A stretch of 64,000 nucleotides of DNA from Patescibacteria group bacterium (GCA_038064695.1 JBBTSO010000004.1:114165-178164), one strand, 5' to 3'. Shown: positions 36,793-46,819, numbered from the stretch's first letter. The notes: generated by a model not told the origin, from the letters alone. Translations and numbers: made by a program.

Positions 36793-37896
36793 TTAGGCGC
36801 GAACGCGTGACATGCGGTTTAGGAGTGTTGAAACGGGGATTGTTTCTTGCATTTGGGTTCCGGTATTTTTAATAATGACCGTGTTGTCCAACGCCTCTCG
36901 CTGTCCAATAATGGCGACGTACTTTGTCTCCGATTCGCGTGCATGGCGCATTTGTTCATCAATAGTTTCGGCAAGCAGCGCTTGGCCGAGCGTAATGTGT
37001 GCTCTCCACAGCGAGTCAAGGAGCGTAAATGCTTTCAGTTTTGCTGCTTCTCCCACGTGGACCACAAAACAAGCAGGGACCTGTTTTGTAGAAGTTCCGC
37101 GTACATCAACCACGTCAGGCATAGACACTGACATTCCCACCAACTCTAGAGCGTCTTTCTTCTTTCCTTGGTATTCAAAGCGTCCGCCCTTGGCAACGTG
37201 CACGCGCGTGCCTTTTTCATCAATACCTGAAATAGCAAATACGAGCTCTTGGTTCACCTCGGGCGTGTAGGGAAGACGCGCGTCCAGTTCGTACTGGATA
37301 CCTAGTTTTTCAAAGAGGGTGATGGTCTCCAACATTATTTTTCGTGATGGTTCCGAAAGATAATCAATGGTGCGGGGCAGTGAGTCGGTGAGAGGGTGTC
37401 CTGACTCAACAATCGTCGTAGCGGCTGCCTCTGGGTGTTTGAGCGCGAGTGAAAGGATGTCATCAGGGAGTTCTTTTCCATACTTTTTGAAAAAGTTTCC
37501 GAGCTCACGCAAGTAGCGGCGTCTACTCTCGGCATCCCCCACGGAAGAAATGAGCACCACGGTTTCGGCAAACCCTGCTGCTTCCACGACACTGAGCGCG
37601 GCCTTTACCACAAACGCTTGAGCGATGGCAATTTTTGCGCTGAGTGCGGTGAACACTACCGCGGTACCGTTTCCTTTTCGCGCGGTTCCCCACGCCTGCG
37701 TGGTTTGGGTAACCGGTCCCATTTTTCCGGCAACGGTAGCAATGAAGCCAGTGTCTTTGTCCAGCCCTTCAGGAATATCATTCGCGTCTTTGCGCGTTAC
37801 GGACACCGGGGGGTTCGTAAATCCGTATGCGCGTGCAACTGAAATAATTTGTGCATCCAGTGATTCTCTCTCTCGGCCTCGTTCAAATGATTTCAT
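36793..37896 (-). CDS. Degenerate HisRS/HisZ-like protein with C-terminal anticodon-binding domain
   Basis: GGRFE motif-3 remnant; AIIGQRE...VIIKN anticodon-binding domain; motif 2 not recognisable. Confidence 0.7.
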   Translation of the reverse strand: MKSFERGRERESLDAQIISVARAYGFTNPPVSVTRKDANDIPEGLDKDTGFIATVAGKMGPVTQTTQAWGTARKGNGTAVVFTALSAKIAIAQAFVVKAALSVVEAAGFAETVVLISSVGDAESRRRYLRELGNFFKKYGKELPDDILSLALKHPEAAATTIVESGHPLTDSLPRTIDYLSEPSRKIMLETITLFEKLGIQYELDARLPYTPEVNQELVFAISGIDEKGTRVHVAKGGRFEYQGKKKDALELVGMSVSMPDVVDVRGTSTKQVPACFVVHVGEAAKLKAFTLLDSLWRAHITLGQALLAETIDEQMRHARESETKYVAIIGQREALDNTVIIKNTGTQMQETIPVSTLLNRMSRVRA

Positions 37897-37899
37897 ATA

Positions 37900-38463
37900 T
37901 TATTGTCCCTGCGTGTACGCACCAGGAAACATATCAACGCGCGTTACTGGAAGGAGTCGCAAAAACGCGCGTCCCACTACTTCATTTCGTTTCAATACAC
38001 CCCACGAACGCGAGTCTGAACTTTCTCTTCGATTGTCACCCATCACGAAGTACTCGTTGTCGCCGAGCACGTACACGCCGTACTCATCTTGCAGTCGGTC
38101 TTCAGCAATGTACGGTTCGTCTAACGTAATGACGGGGAGATTGTTACCACGTTCTATCACGATGCGTTTCCCAATAATTTCCACCGTTTCTCCGGGGAGG
38201 CCAATGACCCGCTTAATGAAGAAAATAGATTCGTCTTTTGGATATTTCAAAATGATGACGTCACCACGTTCTGGATCGCCAAGGCGGTAGGAGATTTGGT
38301 CAACAATGAGGTATTCGCCACCGAGAAAGGTTGGTTCCATAGATGCGCCACGCACAATGTATGGCTGCGCGATGAACATACGTATAGGAAGTACGATCAG
38401 GAGCGCAATGAGAGCAAATTTCACTAGGTCATCCACCAGAGTGTCGTGACGTTCGTGTTCCAT
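37900..38463 (-). CDS. lepB: Signal peptidase I
   Basis: GASMEPT, FIKRVIGLPGE, MGDNR, DSR. Confidence 0.95.
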   Translation of the reverse strand: MEHERHDTLVDDLVKFALIALLIVLPIRMFIAQPYIVRGASMEPTFLGGEYLIVDQISYRLGDPERGDVIILKYPKDESIFFIKRVIGLPGETVEIIGKRIVIERGNNLPVITLDEPYIAEDRLQDEYGVYVLGDNEYFVMGDNRRESSDSRSWGVLKRNEVVGRAFLRLLPVTRVDMFPGAYTQGQ

Positions 38464-38693
38464 TCACCACATTGTACGCACCTGCACACGTCGGTCAACT
38501 ATATTTTTAAAAAAAGCGTTGTAGAAACTTTTTTTTCGGAGATTGGGTTGGCACAAAGTCCTTTTCTTCAGAGAGATAAACGCTACAAGCTCTTGCGAAA
38601 AGGCTTTTGTGCGGCGTCGTTGTACTTTCTGATACACTATATGTGTGTTTCTGGGGACTAGAAACTAACCGCTAGCCACTAGCACCTATTTTT

Positions 38694-39299
38694 ATGTACA
38701 CCATTGTTGGTTTGGGTAATCCTGGAGGGGAATATAATTACACGCGTCACAATACAGGAAGAATGATTGTTGAAAAAATGGCTTCCGAGGGCGCTGTTTC
38801 TCTAAAACAAAAGAAAAAACCCGATCTTTGGGTTGGCACGGGAGATGTAGTGGGTGAGCAGGTGCGCCTCGTACTGCCGGATACGTTTATGAATAATTCA
38901 GGGAAAGCGGTGGCGTTCTATATAAAGAGTGTCAGCGCGGCAAAGAAGCTTGTGGTGGTGTATGACGACATAGATTTGCCATTGGGCGTGGTGCGCGTGG
39001 CGTTCGGTTCAAGTTCAGGTGGCCACAATGGGGTAAAAAGTGTGGAGCGTGCTCTTAAAACAAAGGATTTTATTAAAGTACGCGTGGGCGTTGCTAAAGC
39101 GGCGCGCGGAAAAGCAAAAAAACCAGTAGGGGAGAAGGCAGTGCTCGCGCACCTTCTTTCTAAATTTTCTAAAAAAGAGCATGAGCTGGTGGTGGGTGGC
39201 GTGTACGAGCGCGTCTTGGTCGCGCTCGCTGCTATTTTTGAAAGTGGTGACCCTGTGAAAGGGATGAATGCGGTTAATGGTCTCCCACTTGCATCGTAA
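38694..39299 (+). CDS. pth: Peptidyl-tRNA hydrolase
   Basis: VGLGNPG, TRHNTG, FMNNSG, GGHNG. Confidence 0.96.
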   Translation: MYTIVGLGNPGGEYNYTRHNTGRMIVEKMASEGAVSLKQKKKPDLWVGTGDVVGEQVRLVLPDTFMNNSGKAVAFYIKSVSAAKKLVVVYDDIDLPLGVVRVAFGSSSGGHNGVKSVERALKTKDFIKVRVGVAKAARGKAKKPVGEKAVLAHLLSKFSKKEHELVVGGVYERVLVALAAIFESGDPVKGMNAVNGLPLAS

Positions 39300-39335
39300 C
39301 AAAAACACCCCCGCGTACGCGGGGGTGTTTTTGTT
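39298..39335. terminator. Bidirectional terminator between pth and rpsA
   Basis: aacaaaaacacccccgc-gtac-gcgggggtgtttttgtt. Confidence 0.85.
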
Positions 39336-39341
39336 TAAGAA

Positions 39342-40421
39342 CTATTTCGCCTTTGTGTATGAGAGGGTCATCTTGTGCTCTTTTGGATCAAAGAGCGTAA
39401 TTTTGAATTTGTAGACTTTTCCCAAGCCAAGCTCATTTTTGAGTGCTGCTTCGCTTTCAAATTCAGAAACGTGTACCAAGCCCGCAACGCCTTCTTCAAT
39501 TGAGGCGAGCGCGCCGTACTTGTTGTATTTAATGACGGCTGCCTCCACGAGGTCATCTTTTTTGTATTTTTTCGCCGCGGTAGTCCATGGGTCGTCACCA
39601 AGTTGTTTGATTGAGAGGGAAATTTTTCCGTCTTTCACGTCAATCACTTTCACTTTCACCTTATCTCCGACTTTTGCAAAGGTGCGTGGATCTTCTACCA
39701 AACCCCAGTCAATTTCTGAAATGTGAACTAAGCCCTCAAGTCCGCCGTCAACTTTAACAAAGATACCAAAGTCAACGATGCCGGTGACTTCGCCTGAAAG
39801 AACATCGCCAACCGCGTACTGGTCAACGTTTGTTGAAACAGGAGTTTCTTCGCTGGTGTCACGTTCAGAGAAAATAAGTTTTCCTTCGCGTGGGTCCGCG
39901 GTAATGATACGCACCGAGAGCGTTGTTCCAATCAATTTTTTCAACTCATCAAGAATGAGTTGTTTCTCACCGTTAGCGACGCGTGGGTAGTGTTCTGTTC
40001 GCAATTGACTTGCGGGCAAAAAGCCGTTAATACCTTGCCACCCGATAATGAGTCCGCCTTTGTTTGCGTCTTTCACCGTGAGTTCAAAGACATTGCCTCC
40101 GGCGATAGCGCGTTCAGCATCAGACCAAATCATTGCTTGGCGAGCTTCTTTGAGTGAGAGTTCAATGTATCCGTCTTTGTTTTCAGTTTCTACAATTTTT
40201 GCAGAAATGATGTCGCCGAGCGCAACTTTTTTAAGAATGTCGCGTGCGGCTAGGTATTCTCTTCCGTAAATAATTCCGGTGCCGTAGGGAGGGAGGTCAA
40301 TGTAAACTTTACCGCTTGAAAGGGCGACCACCGGGCCCTCAATAGTTTCTCCTACGCTCGGAAGTGTTGTTGTTTCTTCTAGGAGAGTGTTCATCACACT
40401 CTCAGTATTGTGTTGATTCAT
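39342..40421 (-). CDS. rpsA: 30S ribosomal protein S1 (short form)
   Basis: S1 repeats: GFLPASQL, FGIFV...EGLVHISEI, GLVHVSE. Confidence 0.9.
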   Translation of the reverse strand: MNQHNTESVMNTLLEETTTLPSVGETIEGPVVALSSGKVYIDLPPYGTGIIYGREYLAARDILKKVALGDIISAKIVETENKDGYIELSLKEARQAMIWSDAERAIAGGNVFELTVKDANKGGLIIGWQGINGFLPASQLRTEHYPRVANGEKQLILDELKKLIGTTLSVRIITADPREGKLIFSERDTSEETPVSTNVDQYAVGDVLSGEVTGIVDFGIFVKVDGGLEGLVHISEIDWGLVEDPRTFAKVGDKVKVKVIDVKDGKISLSIKQLGDDPWTTAAKKYKKDDLVEAAVIKYNKYGALASIEEGVAGLVHVSEFESEAALKNELGLGKVYKFKITLFDPKEHKMTLSYTKAK

Positions 40422-40633
40422 GAGTAGTAGACAGTAATCGGATTGGTACTTCGTAAGTTTCTAGCGGTTAGTGGCTAGTTGCTAGGAAGGGTTAACCGGA
40501 TCCAAAGTGGCTAAATCCTTCATTAAATAGAGGGATTTACTAAAAGAGGATAACATACTTGCGTTCAAAAATAAAGGGAGTAGTATGCTCCCAAGCCAAC
40601 GACTTTAAAGCCATTGGCGGCTTAGCAGCTTTA

Positions 40634-40732
40634 ATGTCAAAAGATACTATGATTTCAGGACACGATGGTCTTGATCACCACATGAGTGGAGGTCATCACG
40701 ACGATGACGATGATCACAAAAAGCATCATTAG
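40634..40732 (+). CDS. Putative 32-aa His/Asp-rich peptide MSKDTMISGHDGLDHHMSGGHHDDDDDHKKHH
   Basis: Open frame divergent from rpsA, immediately followed by a terminator. Confidence 0.5.
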   Translation: MSKDTMISGHDGLDHHMSGGHHDDDDDHKKHH

Positions 40733-40737
40733 TTAGC

Positions 40738-40770
40738 AAAAAACCACCCGCTCTATCGGGTGGTTTTTTT
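40738..40770 (+). terminator. Intrinsic terminator
   Basis: aaaaaccacccg-ctctat-cgggtggttttttt. Confidence 0.8.
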
Positions 40771-40771
40771 A

Positions 40772-40809
40772 ATACAATTATCTCTGACGGCCGTCAGAGA
40801 TAATTGTAT
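40772..40809. repeat. REP-like palindrome, copy 3 (perfect 38 bp)
   Basis: ATACAATTATCTCTGACGGCCGTCAGAGATAATTGTAT. Confidence 0.85.
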
Positions 40810-40874
40810 GGGGTACAGAAAACCACACTCATTCTTTTTTGTGCTCGTTACATTTCTCCGTTATAATCAAGGCA

Positions 40875-41498
40875 ATGGTTATTTCATACATAGGAGGGCA
40901 CTGTTTTAAATTGTCATCAGGCGACACGACCATCGCTATTAATCCACCGAGGAGTACGAGCGAGTTTAAGGTTTCAAAATTTGGCGCAGATGTTGTTTTG
41001 ATTTCTGCCGCCGACCCCGAGTGGGATGGAGAAGAAACAGCATCACACGGGGGAAAGGAACCGTTTGTTATACGCGGTCCCGGCGCGTATGAAGTGGGGG
41101 ATGTGGTGGTAACAGGGTATGCCTCAGAAGGTGCACTCGGAAAAGAAACGAGTGAATTTGGTAACACCGTGTACGTGGTTGAGTTTGACGGTATGAAGGT
41201 GCTTCTCCTCGGCGCGCTCTCTTCAACAAAACTTTCTCCCGAACTACGCGCTGACTTGGATGAAATAAATATAGTGTTTGTTCCGGTGGGGGGTAAAACG
41301 CTTGACCCGAAAGGCGCGCATGAGTTAGTTGTGTCGCTTGAACCGAACGTCATTATTCCGTACGCGGTAGACGGCGATGCTGACATAAAGTCGTTTGTAA
41401 AAACAGCAGGCGCGCACGAGGTAAAGCCCGTTGATAAATTGACGCTCCGCGCAAAAGAGGTTGCGTTGATGAGTGGGGAGGTGGTGTTGTTAAAGTAG
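40875..41498 (+). CDS. Metallo-beta-lactamase-fold protein with degenerate metal motif
   Basis: ISYIGGHCFKL, GPGAYEV, VFVPVGG, EPNVIIP; the expected HxHxDH position reads SAADPEW. Confidence 0.7.
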   Translation: MVISYIGGHCFKLSSGDTTIAINPPRSTSEFKVSKFGADVVLISAADPEWDGEETASHGGKEPFVIRGPGAYEVGDVVVTGYASEGALGKETSEFGNTVYVVEFDGMKVLLLGALSSTKLSPELRADLDEINIVFVPVGGKTLDPKGAHELVVSLEPNVIIPYAVDGDADIKSFVKTAGAHEVKPVDKLTLRAKEVALMSGEVVLLK

Positions 41499-41622
41499 GT
41501 GTTAGTGGTTAGTGGATAGTTTTTAGCGGTATAGAAAGTGTTAAACTAGCGATTAGTGGCTAGTTGTTAGTGGTTAGCTGTTGTTTGGGCTATCCACTAG
41601 CACCTATCTACTAGCACCTAGT
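41496..41622. repeat. TAG-rich heptamer array
   Basis: taggtgt tagtggt tagtgga tagtttt tagcggt ... ctagcac ctatcta ctagcac. Confidence 0.75.
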
Positions 41623-41625
41623 CTC

Positions 41626-41820
41626 ATGTTTTCGTATATTGATAAATTACGTAAAGCACCGATTGAAAAACGGCGAGAGGCGGCGGTTACATTTACTTTA
41701 GTTTTGGTCGCGATAATTCTTGTCCTTTCTTTTTTTATTGGGTGGATTCGTTCATTTATTTTAGAACAGGCCGTTGGCGATACTCCGGAAACCGTTCAAG
41801 GCATTGTGGCACCGTATTGA
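41626..41820 (+). CDS. Small single-TM protein
   Basis: MFSYIDKLRKAPIEKRRE followed by a hydrophobic helix. Confidence 0.6.
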   Translation: MFSYIDKLRKAPIEKRREAAVTFTLVLVAIILVLSFFIGWIRSFILEQAVGDTPETVQGIVAPY

Positions 41821-41932
41821 ATTAGTTGTTAGTGACTAGCGGTTAGTTTCTAGCAATAAGCAAACCCACAAACTTCGCACTATAGCGTGAGGGTCCGATG
41901 CTAGCCACTAACAACTAAAAACTATCCACTAG
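41821..41932. repeat. TAG-rich heptamer array (inverted pair)
   Basis: ttagttg ttagtga ctagcgg ttagttt ... ctagcca ctaacaa ctaaaaa ctatcca. Confidence 0.75.
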
Positions 41933-41962
41933 GTGCTCCTTTTGCTATACTAAACGATATCT

Positions 41963-44440
41963 ATGCCTCGTAAAAAAGTCGTTTCTGCCTCCACTAGTGG
42001 TGACACCCCCGATACTCCAACGCCTCACACAGGCGTTATTGATCGCTCTATCGTTGAAGAAATGCGCGAGAGTTATTTGGACTACGCGATGAGCGTCATT
42101 ACCAGCCGTGCGCTTCCCGACGTGCGTGACGGGTTAAAGCCAGTGCACCGACGCATCCTTTTTGCCATGCATCGCATGGGGTTGACCTCAAACTCTAAAC
42201 CAAGAAAAAGCGCCTCGGTTGTTGGAGACGTGCTCGCAAAATTTCACCCCCACGGCGATTCATCAGTGTATGAGGCGATGGTGAAAATGGCACAGAGTTT
42301 CACTATGCGGTATCCCTTGGTCATTGGTCAGGGAAACTTTGGTTCTATTGATGGCGATGCCGCCGCCGCGTACCGTTACACTGAGGCAAAAATGGCAGCG
42401 CTCGCCAGCGAATTAGTGCGCGACTTAGAAAAAGAGACGGTGGATTGGCGTCCTAACTACGACGGACGAGAAAAAGAACCAACCGTGCTTCCAGCCGCCG
42501 TGCCAAACCTACTTCTAAACGGAACACTTGGTATCGCTGTGGGTATGGCAACGAACATTCCGCCACATAACTTGGGTGAACTGGTAAGCGCAACGGTACA
42601 TTTAATAGACAATCCCAAAGCATCTACCGAAGATTTGCTTGAGTTCGTGAAAGGGCCCGACTTTCCTGTGGGCGGCATTGCGTTTAATCAGAAAGACATT
42701 GCGCACGCCTACGCAACGGGTAGGGGTCCTGTTATTGTTCGTGGCGATGCTGAAATTACTGAAGATAAAAAAGGCAACGCGCAAATTATCATTACCTCCA
42801 TTCCGTACCGCGTAAACAAAGCAGATTTGATTGTAAAAATTGCCGATTTAGTGCGCGAGAAAAAACTGGACGGCATTCGTGACCTTCGCGATGAATCAAC
42901 AAAAGACATTCGCGTGGTGGTTGACCTTAAAAACAACGCGCAACCACAGGCAGTTTTGAATTACCTGTATAAACACACACAGCTTGAAGAGGCGTTCCAC
43001 TACAACATGGTGATGCTGGTTGATGGTGTTCCGCAAACACTTTCATTAGGCGCAGTTCTGTTTCATTTTATTGAACATCGCAAAGAGGTAGTAAAACGCC
43101 GCACGGAGTTTGACTTAGGAAAAGCAAAAGACCGTGAGCACATTCTCCTCGGACTCACCAAGGCGTTGGATCACATCGATGAAATTATTGCTCTTATAAA
43201 AAAAGCAAAAGACGTTCCAACCGCGCATGCGGAGTTGATGAAGCGGTTCAAGTTTTCTGAACGTCAGGCGAGCGCCATTCTTGAAATGAAGTTGTCGCGC
43301 CTCGCGGGGTTGGAGCGCAAGAAAATTGAAGACGAACTCAAAGAAATCCAAACGCTCATTAAAGAGCTGGAGAGCATTTTGGGAAGCGAAAAGAAAATGC
43401 TCGCGGTGGTGAAGTCAGAATTGATTGCAACGGGAGAAAAGTACAGCGATGAACGCCGTACCAAGATAGTGAAAGGTGGAGTAAAAAATATGTCGGCGGA
43501 GGATTTGGTTCCCGACGAGGCGGCGATGCTCACGTTGACGAATGCCGGCTACGTAAAACGTACCAACCCCGCCGAGTATAAAAAACAAAACCGAGGCGGC
43601 GTCGGTGTCATTGACCTTTCAACCAAAGATGAAGATTTCGTGACGCGTTTCTTGGAAGGGTCAACGCACGACGCTATCCTTTTCTTCTCGGATCGTGGAA
43701 AAGTGTACCGCACGCGTATGTATGAAATTCCTGAAGGGCGGCGCGCCACAAAAGGAAAGAGCATTATGAACGTGCTCCCACTTTCCTCCGAGGAACAGGT
43801 GACGAGTGTTGTTTCAATACCAAAGTCAGGGGGCGCCGAGTCGTTTATGCTCGTCACTGAAAAAGGAGTAGTGAAAAAAGTGGCTGCAGACCAATTTGAA
43901 GACGTGAGAAAGAGCGGCATCATTGCCATTTCACTTTCACCTGACGACCGCCTCATTGCGGCGCTCCCTGTTTCAGCAAAACAATCAGTTTCGCTGGTGA
44001 CTCAAAAAGGACAGTCTATTCACTTTAGAGAGTCTGACGTTCGTACCATGGGAAGAACCGCCGCGGGTGTGTCTGGAATGAAACTTGCTAAAGGAGACGC
44101 TATTGTCGGAGCGGACGTCGTTAAAGACATTAAAAAGGTACACCTCTTAGTAGTGACTGACCGCGGGTACGGTAAACGAACGCCGATGGACGAGTATAAA
44201 ATTCAGAAGCGAGCGGGGAGCGGAATAAAGACAGCGAATGTTACTGAAAAAACGGGGCGTGTCATTGCAGCACTCGTTGTTACGGAAGAGGAAATGGGTG
44301 AGATTATTGTCGCAAGCAAGAAGGGGCAAGTGATTCGCACCGAACTAAATCAGGTACCAATTCTTGGGCGTGCCACCCAAGGCGTGCGTGTGATGAAACT
44401 CCGCGACGGCGACGCTATTGCGGCCTTCACAGCGTTTTAG
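41963..44440 (+). CDS. gyrA: DNA gyrase subunit A
   Basis: RALPDVRDGLKPVHRR, HPHGD, AAYRYTE, GyrA-box QNRGGVG. Confidence 0.97.
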   Translation: MPRKKVVSASTSGDTPDTPTPHTGVIDRSIVEEMRESYLDYAMSVITSRALPDVRDGLKPVHRRILFAMHRMGLTSNSKPRKSASVVGDVLAKFHPHGDSSVYEAMVKMAQSFTMRYPLVIGQGNFGSIDGDAAAAYRYTEAKMAALASELVRDLEKETVDWRPNYDGREKEPTVLPAAVPNLLLNGTLGIAVGMATNIPPHNLGELVSATVHLIDNPKASTEDLLEFVKGPDFPVGGIAFNQKDIAHAYATGRGPVIVRGDAEITEDKKGNAQIIITSIPYRVNKADLIVKIADLVREKKLDGIRDLRDESTKDIRVVVDLKNNAQPQAVLNYLYKHTQLEEAFHYNMVMLVDGVPQTLSLGAVLFHFIEHRKEVVKRRTEFDLGKAKDREHILLGLTKALDHIDEIIALIKKAKDVPTAHAELMKRFKFSERQASAILEMKLSRLAGLERKKIEDELKEIQTLIKELESILGSEKKMLAVVKSELIATGEKYSDERRTKIVKGGVKNMSAEDLVPDEAAMLTLTNAGYVKRTNPAEYKKQNRGGVGVIDLSTKDEDFVTRFLEGSTHDAILFFSDRGKVYRTRMYEIPEGRRATKGKSIMNVLPLSSEEQVTSVVSIPKSGGAESFMLVTEKGVVKKVAADQFEDVRKSGIIAISLSPDDRLIAALPVSAKQSVSLVTQKGQSIHFRESDVRTMGRTAAGVSGMKLAKGDAIVGADVVKDIKKVHLLVVTDRGYGKRTPMDEYKIQKRAGSGIKTANVTEKTGRVIAALVVTEEEMGEIIVASKKGQVIRTELNQVPILGRATQGVRVMKLRDGDAIAAFTAF

Positions 44441-44482
44441 TGAAAATATTGACTTTTTCAAAAAAACATATATTATTTTTTG

Positions 44483-44887
44483 ATGATTGATAGTAGAGCT
44501 GAAGCGTTTTCGTCGTCTCCCACTCTGCCAACGTATGCCCTGGCGGGTTTTTTTGCGACTGTTGCTGCTGGGCTGGTCGCTGTGACAATGAGTGGCGAGC
44601 AAACCTTTGAAGGATTAGTTAATTTTTACAAAACAGTAGTGAAAGATGATTTGATTGAGCACTGTCCTGATGGATATGAAAAAGAATGGTTGCAAATGGC
44701 GTTTGAAAAAATTCTCCATTGGCAAAAAGATACTGAAGAAGCTTTAAAAACATGCCCTGACGAAAGTCATGAACTAGGTCAAAGTGCTTTAAATGATATT
44801 TTGGCGAGAAGAATTGCAATGAAAGTTACGCTGGTCTCTCTTTTTATTGGCGGTGCTGCAGCAATTGGTTTACGAAGAAGGAAGTAA
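44483..44887 (+). CDS. Orphan membrane protein
   Basis: Hydrophobic ends, acidic core, RRRK tail; TTGACT/TATTAT upstream. Confidence 0.6.
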   Translation: MIDSRAEAFSSSPTLPTYALAGFFATVAAGLVAVTMSGEQTFEGLVNFYKTVVKDDLIEHCPDGYEKEWLQMAFEKILHWQKDTEEALKTCPDESHELGQSALNDILARRIAMKVTLVSLFIGGAAAIGLRRRK

Positions 44888-44957
44888 TAAAATAAAATTT
44901 ATTTCACATACACACAGGACTGTATCAACGTGCAGTATTCTCGTTTACAATGGAGGT

Positions 44958-45479
44958 ATGTTTTTGAAACCATCAGAAGTGGTAAAACACCTTGCGCTCC
45001 GAAGTGGACTCAAGGTAGGAGACTTTGGCGCGGGGGGAGGAGAGTACGCTCCCTTGGTACTCGCCGAGTTGCAGAACGAAGGCGCGTTGTACGCGTTTGA
45101 CGTGGTGCCTGAAATGGTAGAACGACTTCATCGAAAAAAAGTGAGCGCGCAGGCAGATAATTTCTTTACTATCCATGCTGATTTAAACACCGCGCTTCCC
45201 CTTAAAGGTGAGCTTCTTGATCGCGCGCTAGTTATTAACACGCTCTACGCGCTTCGTGAACGAGCACGTTTTTTAAGTGAACTTAACCGCGTTCTTGCGC
45301 GCGGAGGGCAAACACTCTTTGTTGACTGGACATCGTCGTTTAAAAATATGGGTCCTCGTGAAGAAGAAGTAGTCTCTCCAGGAGAAGCGGTACGTCTGTT
45401 TCAATCGCACGGCTTTTCGGTAGGTACTATGCTTCCGGCAGGCAGTCACCACTACGCGTTTGTGGCGAGGAAACAGTGA
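44958..45479 (+). CDS. Class I SAM methyltransferase-like protein
   Basis: VGDFGAGGG, YAFDV, RVLARGG, FVDW, HHY; GGAGG RBS. Confidence 0.8.
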   Translation: MFLKPSEVVKHLALRSGLKVGDFGAGGGEYAPLVLAELQNEGALYAFDVVPEMVERLHRKKVSAQADNFFTIHADLNTALPLKGELLDRALVINTLYALRERARFLSELNRVLARGGQTLFVDWTSSFKNMGPREEEVVSPGEAVRLFQSHGFSVGTMLPAGSHHYAFVARKQ

Positions 45480-45535
45480 AAAGTCTTGTTGATTGTTGCC
45501 GAATGCTCCTTTCTCGATGCTGTATGCTGTAATAT

Positions 45536-46819
45536 ATGAAACCCTTTCATATTGCGGTTCTCGTTTTTTTTGGCGCGCTCGCGATGTTCGCGGTATTTAT
45601 TTTTGCCAGCTTTTCTTCGCAAAACCGTGACGCGGTTGGTGAGGTAGTTATATGGGGGACGCTCCCTGAAAACACGGTTGATGAGGTGCTGTCGGCGTTG
45701 TTTCTTGTTTCAGACGGTTACGAGGAAGTATCGTATCGGCAACTCGCGGAATCAACGTTTGTTGCAACACTTGTTGAAGCAATCGCTGCTGACCGTGGCC
45801 CTGACCTCATCCTGCTTCCTCATGACGCGGTGTTGAGTGAACGTGACAAAGTTATAACCATCCCGTACCGTTCCATTTCACGCCGGTCGTTCCAAGACAC
45901 CTTTGTTGAAGCGGGGGAAGCGTTCCTCACTGACGAAGGGATGTTAGGACTACCATTTTATATTGACCCATTCGTGCTTTATTGGAACCGCACGCTCTTC
46001 TCTAATGCGGGAATTGCCCGTGTCCCTCGCTTCTGGGATGAGTTTGTTGATATTGCGCCTGTACTTTCAAAGCACACTCAAGGAGGCACACTAACGCAAA
46101 GCGCGGTGAGTTTAGGCGAGTGGGGGAACATCACTCACGCAAAAGAAGTTTTTACCTCACTCATTATTGGGCTCGGCAATCCCATTACTCAGTTTGCTGA
46201 CGACGGAGAACTGCGGGTGGTGTTAAACGGAGATCAAAACGCCGCAGTGTCGCCGGCTGAGTCAGCGCTCCGTTTCTACACCGACTTTGCTGATCCGGTA
46301 AAAACAACGTACTCATGGAATCGTTCCCTCTCACCTTCACGAGATGCTTTTACGGCGGGTTTTTTGGCGACGTACTTTGGTAAGGCAAGCGAGCTACTCC
46401 CTATTCGCGCACAAAATCCTAATCTCAATTTTGATGTTGCCGCGTATCCCCGCGTGCGTGACGGAGTGCTCGCGGTGCCCGCGGACGTGTACGCGCTCGC
46501 CATTCCGCGTGGCTCAAAAAACCAGAGCGGAGCATTGAAAGTGGCAGTCGCATTCTCAGGAATTGATGTTCAGAAATCTCTCATGGCTCAAACAGGACTC
46601 CCGTCAGTGCGGAGAGACGTTTTGAGCGCGTCTCCAGAAAACCCTTTTGAGTCCATATTCCGCGATGCTGCTTTAAATGCGTACGTGTGGTTTGACCCGG
46701 ATCCGGAAGGTACTGAAAAGATTTTTGAACGAATGGTTGAAGAAACATCATCAGGGAAATTGCGTATTCCTGAGGCGGTGAGTCAAGCACAGGAGGAGCT
46801 TTCTACTCTTGCGCGGTAG
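45536..46819 (+). CDS. Membrane-anchored extracellular solute-binding protein (family 1-like)
   Basis: N-terminal TM, IWGT, GPDLI, LYWNRTLF, WDEF, NPNLNFDVA. Confidence 0.8.
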   Translation: MKPFHIAVLVFFGALAMFAVFIFASFSSQNRDAVGEVVIWGTLPENTVDEVLSALFLVSDGYEEVSYRQLAESTFVATLVEAIAADRGPDLILLPHDAVLSERDKVITIPYRSISRRSFQDTFVEAGEAFLTDEGMLGLPFYIDPFVLYWNRTLFSNAGIARVPRFWDEFVDIAPVLSKHTQGGTLTQSAVSLGEWGNITHAKEVFTSLIIGLGNPITQFADDGELRVVLNGDQNAAVSPAESALRFYTDFADPVKTTYSWNRSLSPSRDAFTAGFLATYFGKASELLPIRAQNPNLNFDVAAYPRVRDGVLAVPADVYALAIPRGSKNQSGALKVAVAFSGIDVQKSLMAQTGLPSVRRDVLSASPENPFESIFRDAALNAYVWFDPDPEGTEKIFERMVEETSSGKLRIPEAVSQAQEELSTLAR

